Assembly (NCBI RefSeq): GCF_006345805.1
Contig: NW_021836293.1
Span: 185,429 to 249,428, forward strand
DNA length: 64,000 nucleotides
From: Octopus sinensis
Lineage: Eukaryota
Direction of reading: 5' to 3'
Below the pieces are notes generated by a model. The model was given only the letters and a program-made list of their open reading frames with translations. It ran no database searches and had not been told where the DNA came from. The number at the start of each line of letters is the position of its first letter. The first letter of the stretch is position 1. The translations under genes were made by a program, and so were the position numbers. Positions 63,600 through 64,000 of this stretch are shown piece after piece.

Positions 63600-63955
63600 C
63601 TTGAGCTGACTAATGCCTAATGCAAGAATTTGGTTGAGGGTAACTGTACAGAAACTTGTGGCAAGTGAATATGCATGTGTGTGTGTGTATGTGTGCTTGT
63701 CCCTCATGATTTGACAACTAATTTTCGCTTATTTACATCCACTTAACATAATATTCTGGAAAAAAGAAAGACCAATAGAAAGATTATCAACCTTAGAAAT
63801 ACATACACACATATGCATGACAACTTATGTTGGTGTGTTTACGTCCCTGTAACTTAATGGTTTGGCAAAAGAGACCAATGGAATAAGTACTAGGCTTACA
63901 AAGAATAAGTCCTGGGGTTGATTTCTTTGACTAGAATGTGGTGCTCCAGCATGAA
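63600..63955 (+). mobile_element. Decayed SINE family B pieces (two 3' halves)
   Basis: GGTGTGTTTACGTCC..GGCAAAAGAGACC..TACTAGGCTTACAAAGAATAAGTCCTGGGG..GTGGTGCTCCAGCATG. Confidence 0.75.
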
Positions 63956-64000
63956 GTTGAATGAAATGAGGACAGGATACACTCACCCTGAAAGGATTGT

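Overview
This is AT-rich, microsatellite-dense eukaryotic DNA. The repeat families look like those I recall from coleoid cephalopods (Octopus), which is recognition rather than a database result. I cannot support any host protein-coding gene, rRNA, true tRNA or CRISPR array; nearly all ORFs in the track are microsatellite or transposon read-through. The window is a transposon graveyard. It holds three tRNA-derived SINE families (my labels A, B, C), one near-complete but dead RTE-clade LINE (25.4-28.9 kb) with many 3' fragments, and CR1-like, R4/Dong-like and Penelope-like relics. DNA transposons include three mariner relics (one with both TIRs), a long piggyBac relic and hAT and other MITEs. 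The most unusual structures are: (1) a perfect 208-bp local copy patched into a (TA)n tract at 44 kb; (2) a 154-bp ~97% identical inverted repeat bounded by TTAA and split by a SINE carrying nested inserts; (3) a foldback element with 15-bp periodic arms enclosing a Tc1/mariner transposase fragment; (4) several decayed minimal hammerhead-ribozyme motifs; (5) a PHD-like finger and a phase-0 splice acceptor in the RTE LINE; and (6) a minus-strand bias of retroelements, which may mean the window is intronic to a plus-strand gene. Boundaries were read by eye and are approximate unless stated.
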